Below, piece by piece: positions 9,289 through 18,332 of a stretch of DNA of 64,000 nucleotides. The translations under genes and the position numbers were made by a program. Source of the stretch: Patescibacteria group bacterium (GTDB lineage: Bacteria; Patescibacteriota; Minisyncoccia; Phycocordibacterales; SIBU01); the NCBI GenBank assembly GCA_040390045.1, contig JAZJZC010000001.1, positions 172,005 through 236,004 on the forward strand. Reading direction: 5' to 3'. The stretch's first letter is position 1; each line of letters opens with the position of its first letter. A model generated the notes under the pieces. That model worked only from the letters and a program-made list of their open reading frames with translations, ran no database searches and had not been told where the DNA came from.

Positions 9289-9954
9289 CTATTGAGTGCG
9301 GAACGTTGATGGAAGCGTGATGCTCACATTTCCAGAAGCGTCCGTAACATAGATCAAGTAGTAATACGTCGTAGCAGATTGCAAACCAGACAATACTACA
9401 TTTTGAGAAGTTCGGAGAGAACTATCGGTCATAGCGGTGTTACCACTGACATCAACCGTGTGCGGATTTTCATAGGTTGTAAGTGGTGTGGCACTGAAAT
9501 ATACAACTCCCTTTGCAAACTCGCTGGTGTTCCAAGAAACACTAGCGCTACTACTTGTTGTATTTACTCCAACACTTGAGATCACTGGTGCGTAGATATC
9601 TGCTCCGGTACTAACTCCCCCACCCATTTGGGCATTAAGAGCGGCAAGCGTCACAGGACCAACGCGTCCAACACTAGCGATACCGTTACGAGTTTGAAAA
9701 TTCGCAACAGCAGCACTGGTCAATGCGCCGAAATAACCCGAAACGATTCCTTGGGGATAGAGTGATGGATCTTTAGCGAGAAACAATTGAAGTGCAGAAA
9801 CATCGCTTCCCGACATACCAATATCGAGCTGGCGATTGAGCACTGCGGCGTGAGTGAGGAAAGGAATTGCGAAAGCCATGAAAGCTACCGCAACCAACCC
9901 AACTTGGACAAGAACATAATTCGATACTTTAGAAAAAGTTATGCTATTTGTCAT
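9289..9954 (-). CDS. Secreted peptidoglycan-binding + fibronectin III domain protein
   Basis: Signal/TM; L..GMSGSDVSALQ.FL..GYFGALT..AV..FQ peptidoglycan-binding motif; LSGLQSATTYYY FN3 motif. Confidence 0.85.
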   Translation of the reverse strand: MTNSITFSKVSNYVLVQVGLVAVAFMAFAIPFLTHAAVLNRQLDIGMSGSDVSALQLFLAKDPSLYPQGIVSGYFGALTSAAVANFQTRNGIASVGRVGPVTLAALNAQMGGGVSTGADIYAPVISSVGVNTTSSSASVSWNTSEFAKGVVYFSATPLTTYENPHTVDVSGNTAMTDSSLRTSQNVVLSGLQSATTYYYLIYVTDASGNVSITLPSTFRTQ

Positions 9955-10029
9955 GTTATTTTTTTTAATTTTAATTAATTTTTATTGTAATATACGCGTT
10001 CGACCACTTTCAGTACCTACCCCATATTT

Positions 10030-10055
10030 GCCGTTTGCACGACAGTAATATTACA
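10030..10055 (-). promoter_or_regulatory. Putative ECF sigma promoter TGTAAT-N16-CGGC
   Basis: Same motif and spacing as three other sites in the window. Confidence 0.5.
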
Positions 10056-10064
10056 GGATTTGTA

Positions 10065-10316
10065 CTACGCTCGTCGCAAAAATTTCACCGCGGCAATAAG
10101 TAGAACTGACCCGAGAATTGCCACCAAGAAGCTATAGAGATTAAACCCTGAAACATCGCTTCCGCCAGTAGCAGTCATAATCCAACCTCCGATGACTGCG
10201 CCCACAATACCGACGATCACATTGAGCACAATTCCCTGCTGTGCGTCCGTATTCATAATGAGAGACGCTACCCAACCGACGATACCCCCGAAAATAATCC
10301 AAAGTATAATTCCCAT
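10065..10316 (-). CDS. GlsB/YeaQ/YmgE family stress membrane protein
   Basis: WIIFGGIVGWVASLIM...VGIVGAVIGG motif. Confidence 0.9.
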   Translation of the reverse strand: MGIILWIIFGGIVGWVASLIMNTDAQQGIVLNVIVGIVGAVIGGWIMTATGGSDVSGFNLYSFLVAILGSVLLIAAVKFLRRA

Positions 10317-10342
10317 ATATTTTTAATTAGCTTGTAAACTCT

Positions 10343-10702
10343 TTACGCCTCCTCTTCGTGATTCAATTTTACTGCGGCTTCCGGCGTAGAAACCGTTTTA
10401 CCCATCACGAACATTTTGATAATTCCCATCGCCACAATCCAGTAGACAAGCATCGCGAGAAGTGTCGTCCATTCGAAGACACTGCCCTCAACGCTGGTAA
10501 CACGAAATACGTTGAGAAATGGGGCTGAAAAAATATACGTGGTGGAATAAATGAATTGAGTAAACCCTGCGCCAGCATTTGCTCCAAGAAGTTTCAAGAC
10601 AAATCGAAAGACAAGTAACACTTCAATGAGACCGAGAATGTACCAAACAATCTGCGTCCCTCGATACAATGGTTTAGTTGTCGGTGAATTAAATGAATCC
10701 AT
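10343..10702 (-). CDS. YggT family membrane protein
   Basis: FRFVLKLLGAN..F..FIY..T..F.APF motif. Confidence 0.75.
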   Translation of the reverse strand: MDSFNSPTTKPLYRGTQIVWYILGLIEVLLVFRFVLKLLGANAGAGFTQFIYSTTYIFSAPFLNVFRVTSVEGSVFEWTTLLAMLVYWIVAMGIIKMFVMGKTVSTPEAAVKLNHEEEA

Positions 10703-10739
10703 AAATTTTGAAGTGAATTAAAATTGACGAGAATAAATT

Positions 10740-11831
10740 TTATTTTGTTCTAAACGTCACCTTATCTCCACGGACAGTACCTGAAGTGTTTTGTGCAACC
10801 AGTCGGAAATAATAATTGGTTTTACCAACGAGACCAGAAATGTTCTCGGCAACCGTTTTGTTTCCCGTGCTAACGCCAAGAGTTTTTTGGGGTGTAGTTC
10901 GGAGTAACACTGAACCTAAGAGCGAATCGGTGCTGTACTCAAACCAATAGGTGACTTCTTCACCGTTTGGATTGACCGTTCCGTTAAGACTTGCGGTTGA
11001 AGTGCCGACAGCGGTTGCAGAATTTGTGTTAACAGTCGGCAATGCTGGGCCAGCCGTTTTAAAGTTTAGAATTGCGCCGTTGACCGTACCGAATTGATTT
11101 TGTGCATTGAGTCGGAAATAGTAGGTTGTAGATGGAGTGAGATCAGAAAGTGAAATTGATACTGGCACTTTAGTTGATCCGTCACTTGCCGATTGAAAAG
11201 CGGTCACTCTTCCTAGGTCAGCACTTGTACCGAACTCAAACCAATACTGCGTAGCGGCCGAATTAGGATTCACTTCCCCATTTAGATTACTCGTAGTTCT
11301 TGATACTCCGCCAGCTGCAAGAGTTTTCGTAGTTGGTGCACTACCTACAGGCGCTGGATTGCCATGAGTTGTTTGAAATGAATATTGAGCACCTGAAACT
11401 CTACCGAATTGATTTTCAGCTGTTAATCGGAAGTAATACGTCGTATCTTTCGCTAAACCGGTGATGTAACCGGGAGCTGAAATCGAAACGAAACCTCCCC
11501 CAAGAGTTTGTTTTGGAGTCGTAAATGTATTGCTCATATTAGACGAAAGACTGTACTCGTACCAATAACTGGTGAAGGCGCCATTTGGAGTAACACGACC
11601 ATTAACGACTGCGGTTGTGTCAGAAGGCGTGACACCAACATTAGTAATCACCACCGGGAGTCCAGCCTTTTGTACTACTGGAGTCGGTGTTGGAGTTACT
11701 GGGGTAGAAGGTGTCGGAGTTACTGGTGTGCCATCCGATGGAGTAGTGCTATCTTTGGTTGCGAAAAAAATGATTCCCCCGATAACAACAACGGCAACAA
11801 CTGCTCCTACAATAGCTTTGGTTCCATTCAT
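10740..11831 (-). CDS. Membrane-anchored protein with three fibronectin III-like repeats
   Basis: TM, then a PT-rich linker, then three repeats of NG.V.PNG...YWFEY...YYFRL.AQN..G. Confidence 0.85.
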   Translation of the reverse strand: MNGTKAIVGAVVAVVVIGGIIFFATKDSTTPSDGTPVTPTPSTPVTPTPTPVVQKAGLPVVITNVGVTPSDTTAVVNGRVTPNGAFTSYWYEYSLSSNMSNTFTTPKQTLGGGFVSISAPGYITGLAKDTTYYFRLTAENQFGRVSGAQYSFQTTHGNPAPVGSAPTTKTLAAGGVSRTTSNLNGEVNPNSAATQYWFEFGTSADLGRVTAFQSASDGSTKVPVSISLSDLTPSTTYYFRLNAQNQFGTVNGAILNFKTAGPALPTVNTNSATAVGTSTASLNGTVNPNGEEVTYWFEYSTDSLLGSVLLRTTPQKTLGVSTGNKTVAENISGLVGKTNYYFRLVAQNTSGTVRGDKVTFRTK

Positions 11832-11877
11832 ATTTTTTTTATTAAAATTTTTAACTGATAACGCTCACATAGAATAA

Positions 11878-11903
11878 GACGTCCGAAGGGTTAACACATT
11901 ACA
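11878..11903 (-). promoter_or_regulatory. Putative ECF sigma promoter TGTAAT-N16-CGTC
   Basis: Upstream of the FN3 gene; exact 16-nt spacer. Confidence 0.65.
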
Positions 11904-11917
11904 GTCCATAAACGTAC

Positions 11918-11943
11918 TGTAATATTTTGTGATGATGGCCGTC
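11918..11943 (+). promoter_or_regulatory. Putative ECF sigma promoter TGTAAT-N16-CGTC
   Basis: Divergent partner of the previous site, upstream of the 11982 ORF. Confidence 0.65.
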
Positions 11944-11981
11944 TGCAAAGGTAACAAATATTATTAATATTTTATAAAAAC

Positions 11982-12239
11982 ATGACAACAATCATCAACA
12001 CACCGCCACAAAATCAAAGCCCAGAAAGTACTGGAGCAGGAATTCTTATTGGTATTACAATCGTCATCTTGCTTGCCATCCTCTTCTTCTTGTTTGGCCT
12101 GCCCTATTTACGCAATCAACCAGCAACAGAAACTCCAGCCAAACCAGCCGCCTCTGTTGGTGCCGTTCTCAACATGGATACACCAAATAACTCTTCCGGT
12201 TCAAATACTGACGGGGTGGGAATGAAAAGTTCTTACTAA
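11982..12239 (+). CDS. Small single-TM hypothetical protein
   Basis: One TM segment; own promoter motif and terminator. Confidence 0.7.
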   Translation: MTTIINTPPQNQSPESTGAGILIGITIVILLAILFFLFGLPYLRNQPATETPAKPAASVGAVLNMDTPNNSSGSNTDGVGMKSSY

Positions 12240-12246
12240 ATACTAA

Positions 12247-12285
12247 AAAATACTCCCGCCGCGCTTTGCGCGGCGGGAGTATTTT
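12247..12285. terminator. Bidirectional intrinsic terminator
   Basis: AAAATACTCCCGCCGCGC-ttt-GCGCGGCGGGAGTATTTT between convergent genes. Confidence 0.85.
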
Positions 12286-12287
12286 CT

Positions 12288-12872
12288 TTACTTAGCTGCA
12301 ACCTTCACCTTGAGCTCCTCGATTTGTTTTTTCAATTCTGTAATAGAGATTTCCAGCTTTTGAGTTCTTGCAGAATGTTTGCTTTCAAACTGATTAACGT
12401 GTCCCGCCAACTGTTCAGCAACCGCGATCATTTCTGTAATATCTTCCATAGCGAGAAGAATTATCGGCGGAAAAAGTTCAGAATCTCCAGAGCCAACTCC
12501 GGTAACAAATCGTGAATGAATTTGTCTCGCATTTAATATCATCACCCTTGATCCGATAACGGGAAATTCATGAGCAACTTCAAATCCTTTGAAAAAAGTG
12601 TGCTTCGGTAAAATATCTTCGAGCAGTTTCCGGAGGGACGCAATATTCCACTGACCGTTGCCGAGCTCATAGACAATCTTCCCTTCCGTCTCTTTTTGGG
12701 TGACTTGAAACATTCTATAGAAAGGCTCATTAGCCGCCATTACTTTAAAATTTTTATCCAAAATCAATACCGGTTCTCTCACCACATCAACCACCGTTTT
12801 AATGTACGTCCAACTTTCTTCCCACAATCGCTCAAAAAAATCAGGTCCGATTTTGTTTTTATTTTTATCCAT
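12288..12872 (-). CDS. Stand-alone PAS domain protein (CheR/CheB-associated PAS type) with C-terminal coiled coil
   Basis: VREPVLILD...AN..FY..F...YELGNGQWNI..LR.LLE...LAMEDIT. Confidence 0.8.
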   Translation of the reverse strand: MDKNKNKIGPDFFERLWEESWTYIKTVVDVVREPVLILDKNFKVMAANEPFYRMFQVTQKETEGKIVYELGNGQWNIASLRKLLEDILPKHTFFKGFEVAHEFPVIGSRVMILNARQIHSRFVTGVGSGDSELFPPIILLAMEDITEMIAVAEQLAGHVNQFESKHSARTQKLEISITELKKQIEELKVKVAAK

Positions 12873-13121
12873 AGTTCCCTAGCCGTTTGATGTCTAAAGT
12901 TATTGCAAAAAAAATCCTAGCTATGTTTTGTAAATCCTGCTACACTCTATATTCAGGAACCTACTCTTCAGCACACTGCACTACGCAGTGTAATGAACCA
13001 GAACTAAATCTGAGAGACTCCCCATAAACTCTCGAGGGAAAAATACAGCACCGAGCACAAACTGCCGAGTGACTGTAATAATTTCATAACCAAAAGCCGC
13101 TTGAAACGGCGATTATATATA

Positions 13122-13643
13122 ATGACTCCAAAAGAAAAAATAGACCGACAAGAAATCTTGAGCGTGGCTCATACTGATTTTCAAAAGGGTCTCAACGCCC
13201 ACGCTTTTTTCAAGATCAGCAATCGCGCCTTGAGCGAAGACTTGGTGCAAATCACCTTCATGAAAACCTGGGTCTACCTCGTCAAAGGCGGAAAAATCGA
13301 CATCATGAAAGCCTTTCTCTACCACATTTTGAATCACCTGATCGTCGACGAACATCGGAAACATAAAACCACCTCGCTCGACGTCCTTATCGAAGAAGGT
13401 TTTGAACCCGCAGCCACCAACGACACCGAGCGTCTCTTAAATTTTCTCGACGGCAAAGGAGCCATTCTTTTAATCGCGCGTCTTCCCGAACCGTACAAAA
13501 AAATTATGCGGATGCGCTACGTCCAAGACCTGACACTCAAAGAAATGTCACTCATCACTGGTGAGTCAAAAAACACTATGGCAGTGCAAGCTCATCGAGG
13601 ACTCGAGAAACTAAAATTGCTGTATTCGAACGCCCTAGCGTAA
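13122..13643 (+). CDS. ECF-type RNA polymerase sigma factor
   Basis: SEDLVQ.TF.K.W and FLYHI.N.LIVD region 2; LPEPY...MRY...EMS....S.NT..V..HRG region 4. Confidence 0.9.
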   Translation: MTPKEKIDRQEILSVAHTDFQKGLNAHAFFKISNRALSEDLVQITFMKTWVYLVKGGKIDIMKAFLYHILNHLIVDEHRKHKTTSLDVLIEEGFEPAATNDTERLLNFLDGKGAILLIARLPEPYKKIMRMRYVQDLTLKEMSLITGESKNTMAVQAHRGLEKLKLLYSNALA

Positions 13644-13730
13644 AGAAAAAATTGATTTTTTATAGCAATTGCCTTTCTTAAAGGCTTGGATTATCATAAA
13701 AATTAGACACCTTGAAACTAGGAAAATCAC

Positions 13731-14864
13731 ATGAAAAGCAGAGAACAAATGGTCGAGTCATTGACTCATGCTGGAATTGCACTCCGCGGCCCTCGAGATC
13801 CTTTTGAGGGTTCGACTGTGAGAATTAACGACAATCGCACCTGGAGCCAGGTGGCACTTTGGGGGACTCGCGGGCTTGCGCGAGCCTACGAAAATGGTTG
13901 GTGGGACTGCGAGCGGCCCGATGTTGTTGTAGAGAAAGCTGTACAACACGGGCTTGACTCGAAACTGTTTTCATCATCACTCAGTGACCTTGCCTTGAAG
14001 ATCAGGGCGGCACTGTTTAACTTGCAGAGCAGGGCGAGAGCGTTCGTTGTCGGAGAGAAACATTACAATGCCGGTAACACACTTTTCGAAACCATGCTCG
14101 GGAAACATCCGCTCTACAGTTGTGCTTACTGGAGTGGCACACCTCGCGCGCAGACCCTCGATGATGCCCAGGAAGCCAAGCTTCATTTGATCTGCCGGAA
14201 ACTCAAGTTGAAAAGGGGCGATCATATTCTCGACATTGGCTGTGGTTTCGGGGAACTTCTCCGATTCGCCCACGAGCACTATGGTGTCACGGGAGTTGGA
14301 ATCACCATCTCGAAGGAGCAGGCGAAATTCGCACGGAAACTTGTCCATGGCTTGCCGATTGAAATTTGGGAGGTTGACTACCGCGACTTGCAAACAAGCC
14401 GAAAGTTTGACCGTGAGGTTTCGGTGGGTATGTTTGAGCATGTCGGGCAGAAAAATCACCGGGCGTTTTTTGAGATGGCACAACGTCACCTCAAACAAGA
14501 CGGCCTGTTCCTACTTCACACCATCACTGGCAGTGGTGAAGCCGATCCGTTTCTCAACGATGACATTTTTCCGGGGAGCGTCGTGCCGAGCCTAAAACAA
14601 GTCGAGCGGTCCGCGCAGCAAAGGTTTAAGCGTCTCGACCTTCACGAGTTTGGACGCGACTATGATCCAACCTGTTGCGAGTGGGAAAAAAATCTCAGCC
14701 ATGGATGGACGCGTATCGCGCACCTGTACAACAACGACGAAAAGTTTTTGCGCAGGTGGCGTCTCTATCTCTTGATGTCAGCCGGACTTTTCCGAGCAGG
14801 GAAAACCAGCGTGGCACAATTCGTCCTTTCCAACTGTGACTTTTCTTACGATCCGGTTCGGTAA
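13731..14864 (+). CDS. cfa: Cyclopropane-fatty-acyl-phospholipid synthase
   Basis: HYNAGN.LF..ML, YSCAYW, LDIGCGFG and SVGMFEHVG motifs. Confidence 0.88.
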   Translation: MKSREQMVESLTHAGIALRGPRDPFEGSTVRINDNRTWSQVALWGTRGLARAYENGWWDCERPDVVVEKAVQHGLDSKLFSSSLSDLALKIRAALFNLQSRARAFVVGEKHYNAGNTLFETMLGKHPLYSCAYWSGTPRAQTLDDAQEAKLHLICRKLKLKRGDHILDIGCGFGELLRFAHEHYGVTGVGITISKEQAKFARKLVHGLPIEIWEVDYRDLQTSRKFDREVSVGMFEHVGQKNHRAFFEMAQRHLKQDGLFLLHTITGSGEADPFLNDDIFPGSVVPSLKQVERSAQQRFKRLDLHEFGRDYDPTCCEWEKNLSHGWTRIAHLYNNDEKFLRRWRLYLLMSAGLFRAGKTSVAQFVLSNCDFSYDPVR

Positions 14865-14874
14865 TTTAGTTTCG

Positions 14875-14908
14875 GCCCCGATTCGCAAAGCGAATCGGGG
14901 CTTTTCTT
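14875..14908. terminator. Intrinsic terminator
   Basis: GCCCCGATTCGC-aaa-GCGAATCGGGGC followed by a T-tract. Confidence 0.8.
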
Positions 14909-15478
14909 TTAGCTAAAAATCCACTCCAAAATTTCTTCCCTCCCCTCTTTGGTTTTAGCTGAACAGGGAACAATCTTCAATCCTGGAATTTTTTCAGAAA
15001 TTTCCCGCAATTGAACACTGCGTTCTTTTTGATTGAGCGAATCAATTTTATTCGCGACCACCAAAACCTCTCTGCCGTGTTCAGAAAGTAACCGAAGCAT
15101 TTCAAGATCCATCGCGCTTGGCCCAACTTTACTATCGAGCACCAAAACTACTTTTCTTTTCGCAATCTCAATCCCGAGAAGATACCACTGAATCATTTTG
15201 CTTAGTTGGTCGCGCCGTTCAATCGACATGCGAGCAAAACCGTATCCCGGAAGATCAACAAAATAGCAATTGTTGTTTATGAGAAAAAAATTTATTTCTT
15301 GAGTCTTGCCCGGAGTTTTTCCGGAACGAACCAAATCCACCCGATTGAGAAGGGCGTTCATAAGACTCGACTTACCCACATTTGATCGCCCGACAAAAGC
15401 CACCTGAGGATGAGGCTCAAGTAAAATATCATCGGTTCCCCGTATACTTTTTTTAAACTCCGCGGATTTTATTTCCAT
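14909..15478 (-). CDS. engB: Ribosome biogenesis GTPase YihA/YsxC (EngB)
   Basis: GRSNVGKSS, PGKTQ.INFF, DLPGYG and NKID motifs. Confidence 0.95.
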   Translation of the reverse strand: MEIKSAEFKKSIRGTDDILLEPHPQVAFVGRSNVGKSSLMNALLNRVDLVRSGKTPGKTQEINFFLINNNCYFVDLPGYGFARMSIERRDQLSKMIQWYLLGIEIAKRKVVLVLDSKVGPSAMDLEMLRLLSEHGREVLVVANKIDSLNQKERSVQLREISEKIPGLKIVPCSAKTKEGREEILEWIFS

Positions 15479-15512
15479 GTCGGTGATTACAGTACGAATC
15501 GTGAATCAAAAA

Positions 15513-15959
15513 TTAGTGTGAATCGAGAAACATCTTCTTGACGTGCTCGACAATACTCATTGGCGTCACTAAAGCCTTAGTCAAGAATGAAGCGTTCAAA
15601 CTTTTTGCCCTTTCGCGATCCTGAACCTGATCGGTGTTTGAAACGATGAGGACTGCTAGATTTTTTGTAACAGGATCCTTTCGCAAACTTTCAAGCAAGT
15701 CGAGGCCGTTGACCCCCGGCAAAAAGATATCAAGCACCAACAAATCAGGAACGTCACTCTTAATTATCTCTTGTGCACCATCTCCCCGGTCAATCAAAAA
15801 AACCTTCATGCCAGACTGCTGTAGGTGTTTTGCGAGCAACTTGCCCAAAAAGACGTCATCTTCAACAATCACCACTTTTTTTCCAGAAATTACCGAATTA
15901 TCGATAATATTTTTCGGATCATCCGAGAAACTGTTGCCAATGCTTGAATTTTCAGCCAT
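15513..15959 (-). CDS. Single-domain response regulator
   Basis: VEDD, PDLLVLDIFLPG.NG and conserved Lys (LTK). Confidence 0.9.
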   Translation of the reverse strand: MAENSSIGNSFSDDPKNIIDNSVISGKKVVIVEDDVFLGKLLAKHLQQSGMKVFLIDRGDGAQEIIKSDVPDLLVLDIFLPGVNGLDLLESLRKDPVTKNLAVLIVSNTDQVQDRERAKSLNASFLTKALVTPMSIVEHVKKMFLDSH

Positions 15960-16111
15960 AAGTTTAAATTAAATTGGAGTAACGTTTGATTTTGATAACC
16001 CTATTATTCTATCACTTCTAAAATTTATCGCACCTAGGCGCTGTAGTTACCCACTTGTGCCGCAATAGAGCGGGGATTACAATATTAGCTATTAGAAGTA
16101 ATCTACATTTT

Positions 16112-16795
16112 ATGGATAATATGATGATGATGGAGTCGACGGGACCTATGATCGGGATTTTTCATTTTGAGGTTTTTTTGATGCTCGCTTCGGGGGTGTT
16201 TTACCTCATCTGCGCAGCCCTCTTGTGGAAACCGTTCCGCCAAGAAAAAAATGAATTGATCGGAGCCTTGTTTGCCTTCCTCGTCTATCAGGCGATCAGC
16301 ATGTTCTTTATGGGAATGGAAATGCAAACCATGAACATGGTGTACAGCAACATCTCGAGCCTCGCGGTCTTTATCGGATCGGCCTTCATGCTCAAATTCC
16401 CTCTCAGTTCGTTCTCAGCCAGCACCAGAAAAATTGGTTTTCTTCTCTCGCTCATTGCCGTCTTGGGACTGTTCGCTTGGTTTATTCAGACCGAGGAAAG
16501 AGAAATGATGCTCATGAGTTTTACCCTCTGGTACGACATTGCTATCAACGGAATTATTGTCGGTGGTTCAATTATCGCCCTTGGTATAAACGCAGAACGC
16601 TGGATGCGCGTAAAAGCTTTCGGTGGAGGTTCAGGTGTTGTTGCCTGTTGTGTCCTTGCTAACGCCACTATGATTGGCGGCGCCATTCTAACTAGTTCAG
16701 TATTTCAGTTCGCCGCACCAGTTCTCATTCTAGGATCTCTTACCTACGCTCGAAAAAAACAAGCTGAAGAATCTCGAATGCAACCTGCAAACTAA
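16112..16795 (+). CDS. Multi-pass (~7 TM) Met-rich membrane protein, putative sensor partner
   Basis: Hydrophobic segments; lies 7 bp upstream of the histidine kinase. Confidence 0.7.
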   Translation: MDNMMMMESTGPMIGIFHFEVFLMLASGVFYLICAALLWKPFRQEKNELIGALFAFLVYQAISMFFMGMEMQTMNMVYSNISSLAVFIGSAFMLKFPLSSFSASTRKIGFLLSLIAVLGLFAWFIQTEEREMMLMSFTLWYDIAINGIIVGGSIIALGINAERWMRVKAFGGGSGVVACCVLANATMIGGAILTSSVFQFAAPVLILGSLTYARKKQAEESRMQPAN

Positions 16796-16802
16796 GGATT
16801 TC

Positions 16803-17744
16803 ATGGCTGAAAAAGTTGAAAAAATAATTTTTTACATCCTCGGAGGTGTCGGCGGGGCTGTCTTAGGATTCATCGTCCTTTCTTTCCGCATGTCCTACTT
16901 CGCCAACGAAAATCACTCGTTCGTCGTTGCCATTACATCTCTCATTGGTGTTCTGGTTTCTATCATTTTTGTTAATTACGAAAAACAAAAAACTCTCAAA
17001 ACAAACAGCGCTGTGCGAGATGAAACTGTTGCTCTCATCACCCATGAAATGAAAACGGGACTCACCTCAACTGGCTGGGCCATCGAAATGATTCTTCAAA
17101 ATTACGGAAAAGCCATAACTGAAGAAGACAAAAAAATGCTTGAAGGTGTCGTCAATTCGATTTACACGACCATCATGCACTCGGTTAACCTGCTCGACGT
17201 CAGTTTGCTCGACATAGGAAAATTGAAAATATCACTGGAAAAATTTGACCTCAAGGAAATCGAGCAAAACCTCAAAGAAACTATCGAAAAATACGCCTTC
17301 GGTGCGCAAAAGAAAGGTATACATCTCACCTCGGAAATCCACTTGAACCACGAGAGTTTAGTTGAGGTGGATTTACTGCGCCTACGCATTATTCTAGAAA
17401 ATCTTTTGGAAAATGCTTTGCAATATACACTTGGTGACATTCGAGAAATCGCGGTGCACATCGGCAACGATGAAAAAACCTTGAACATTTCAGTCAGTGA
17501 TAGCGGTATCGGCATTCCCGAAGCTGAAAAAGAAAAAATTTTCTTAAAATTTTTCCGCGCCAGCAACGCCAAAAAAGAATTAAACAGCGGTAGTGGCATT
17601 GGACTCTATATGACCGATCAATACATCAAAGCCCACCGAGGTTCTATTCGTTTCGAAACAGAACTCGGCAAAGGAACAACCTTCTACGTTTCCATACCAC
17701 TTAAAACTGCGGCGAATGTCGGCGAATTTCTAACAAAAATTTAA
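16803..17744 (+). CDS. Sensor histidine kinase
   Basis: THEMKT H-box, NLLENA.QY N-box, DSGIGI and GSGIGL G-boxes. Confidence 0.92.
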   Translation: MAEKVEKIIFYILGGVGGAVLGFIVLSFRMSYFANENHSFVVAITSLIGVLVSIIFVNYEKQKTLKTNSAVRDETVALITHEMKTGLTSTGWAIEMILQNYGKAITEEDKKMLEGVVNSIYTTIMHSVNLLDVSLLDIGKLKISLEKFDLKEIEQNLKETIEKYAFGAQKKGIHLTSEIHLNHESLVEVDLLRLRIILENLLENALQYTLGDIREIAVHIGNDEKTLNISVSDSGIGIPEAEKEKIFLKFFRASNAKKELNSGSGIGLYMTDQYIKAHRGSIRFETELGKGTTFYVSIPLKTAANVGEFLTKI

Positions 17745-17761
17745 AATTGAGAATGCAGGCG

Positions 17762-18259
17762 TTACGCGCTGCCAATTAATAGTCCCGCCACAAGAACAAG
17801 TGCTCCTCCGAAAACCACTTGCACCACTGAAAGCCAAAAGCTGGTTTTAAAATAGCGATATCTAATGTAGGCGATAGCCACGAGCTCGATACCAACAACA
17901 ATGTAGGCGAGGTAGAGCGCGAGATGTAAATTGGAAATAAGAAAAGGCAAGGTGTGTAAAATGCCTCCCAGAAAAGTCATTGAACCGATGATGAGTCCCC
18001 GAATAAAAGGATGACCGCGACCGGTGTGCTCCCCATTGTCTGAAAGAGCCTCGGCAAATGCCATACTGATAGCCGCACCCGTAGCCGCAGAAGCACCAAT
18101 CAAAAAAGCTAATCGAGGACTGCTCGTCGCATAGGCGGCAGCAAAAATTGGCGCAAGCGTTGATACCGAACCGTCCATAAGTCCCGCGAGCCCTGGCTGA
18201 ACCACCTTGAGCAAAAAAGCTCGGTCGATATGTTCTTGGGATTGTGTCTGTGATTCCAT
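17762..18259 (-). CDS. VIT1/CCC1 family (MbfA-like membrane domain) metal transporter
   Basis: VQPGLAGLMDGSVSTLAP and ISMAFAEALSD motifs. Confidence 0.85.
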   Translation of the reverse strand: MESQTQSQEHIDRAFLLKVVQPGLAGLMDGSVSTLAPIFAAAYATSSPRLAFLIGASAATGAAISMAFAEALSDNGEHTGRGHPFIRGLIIGSMTFLGGILHTLPFLISNLHLALYLAYIVVGIELVAIAYIRYRYFKTSFWLSVVQVVFGGALVLVAGLLIGSA

Positions 18260-18332
18260 ACTATTTTTATCGTTTTAGTATAGCAATTCGATGACTAAAG
18301 TCATAATTCACAACGTGTAATTTTGTGCTAAA

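Noticed and set aside
13074-13099. Autoregulatory ECF promoter at TGTAAT upstream of the sigma gene
   Set aside because: No CGTC/CGGC at the 16-nt spacing
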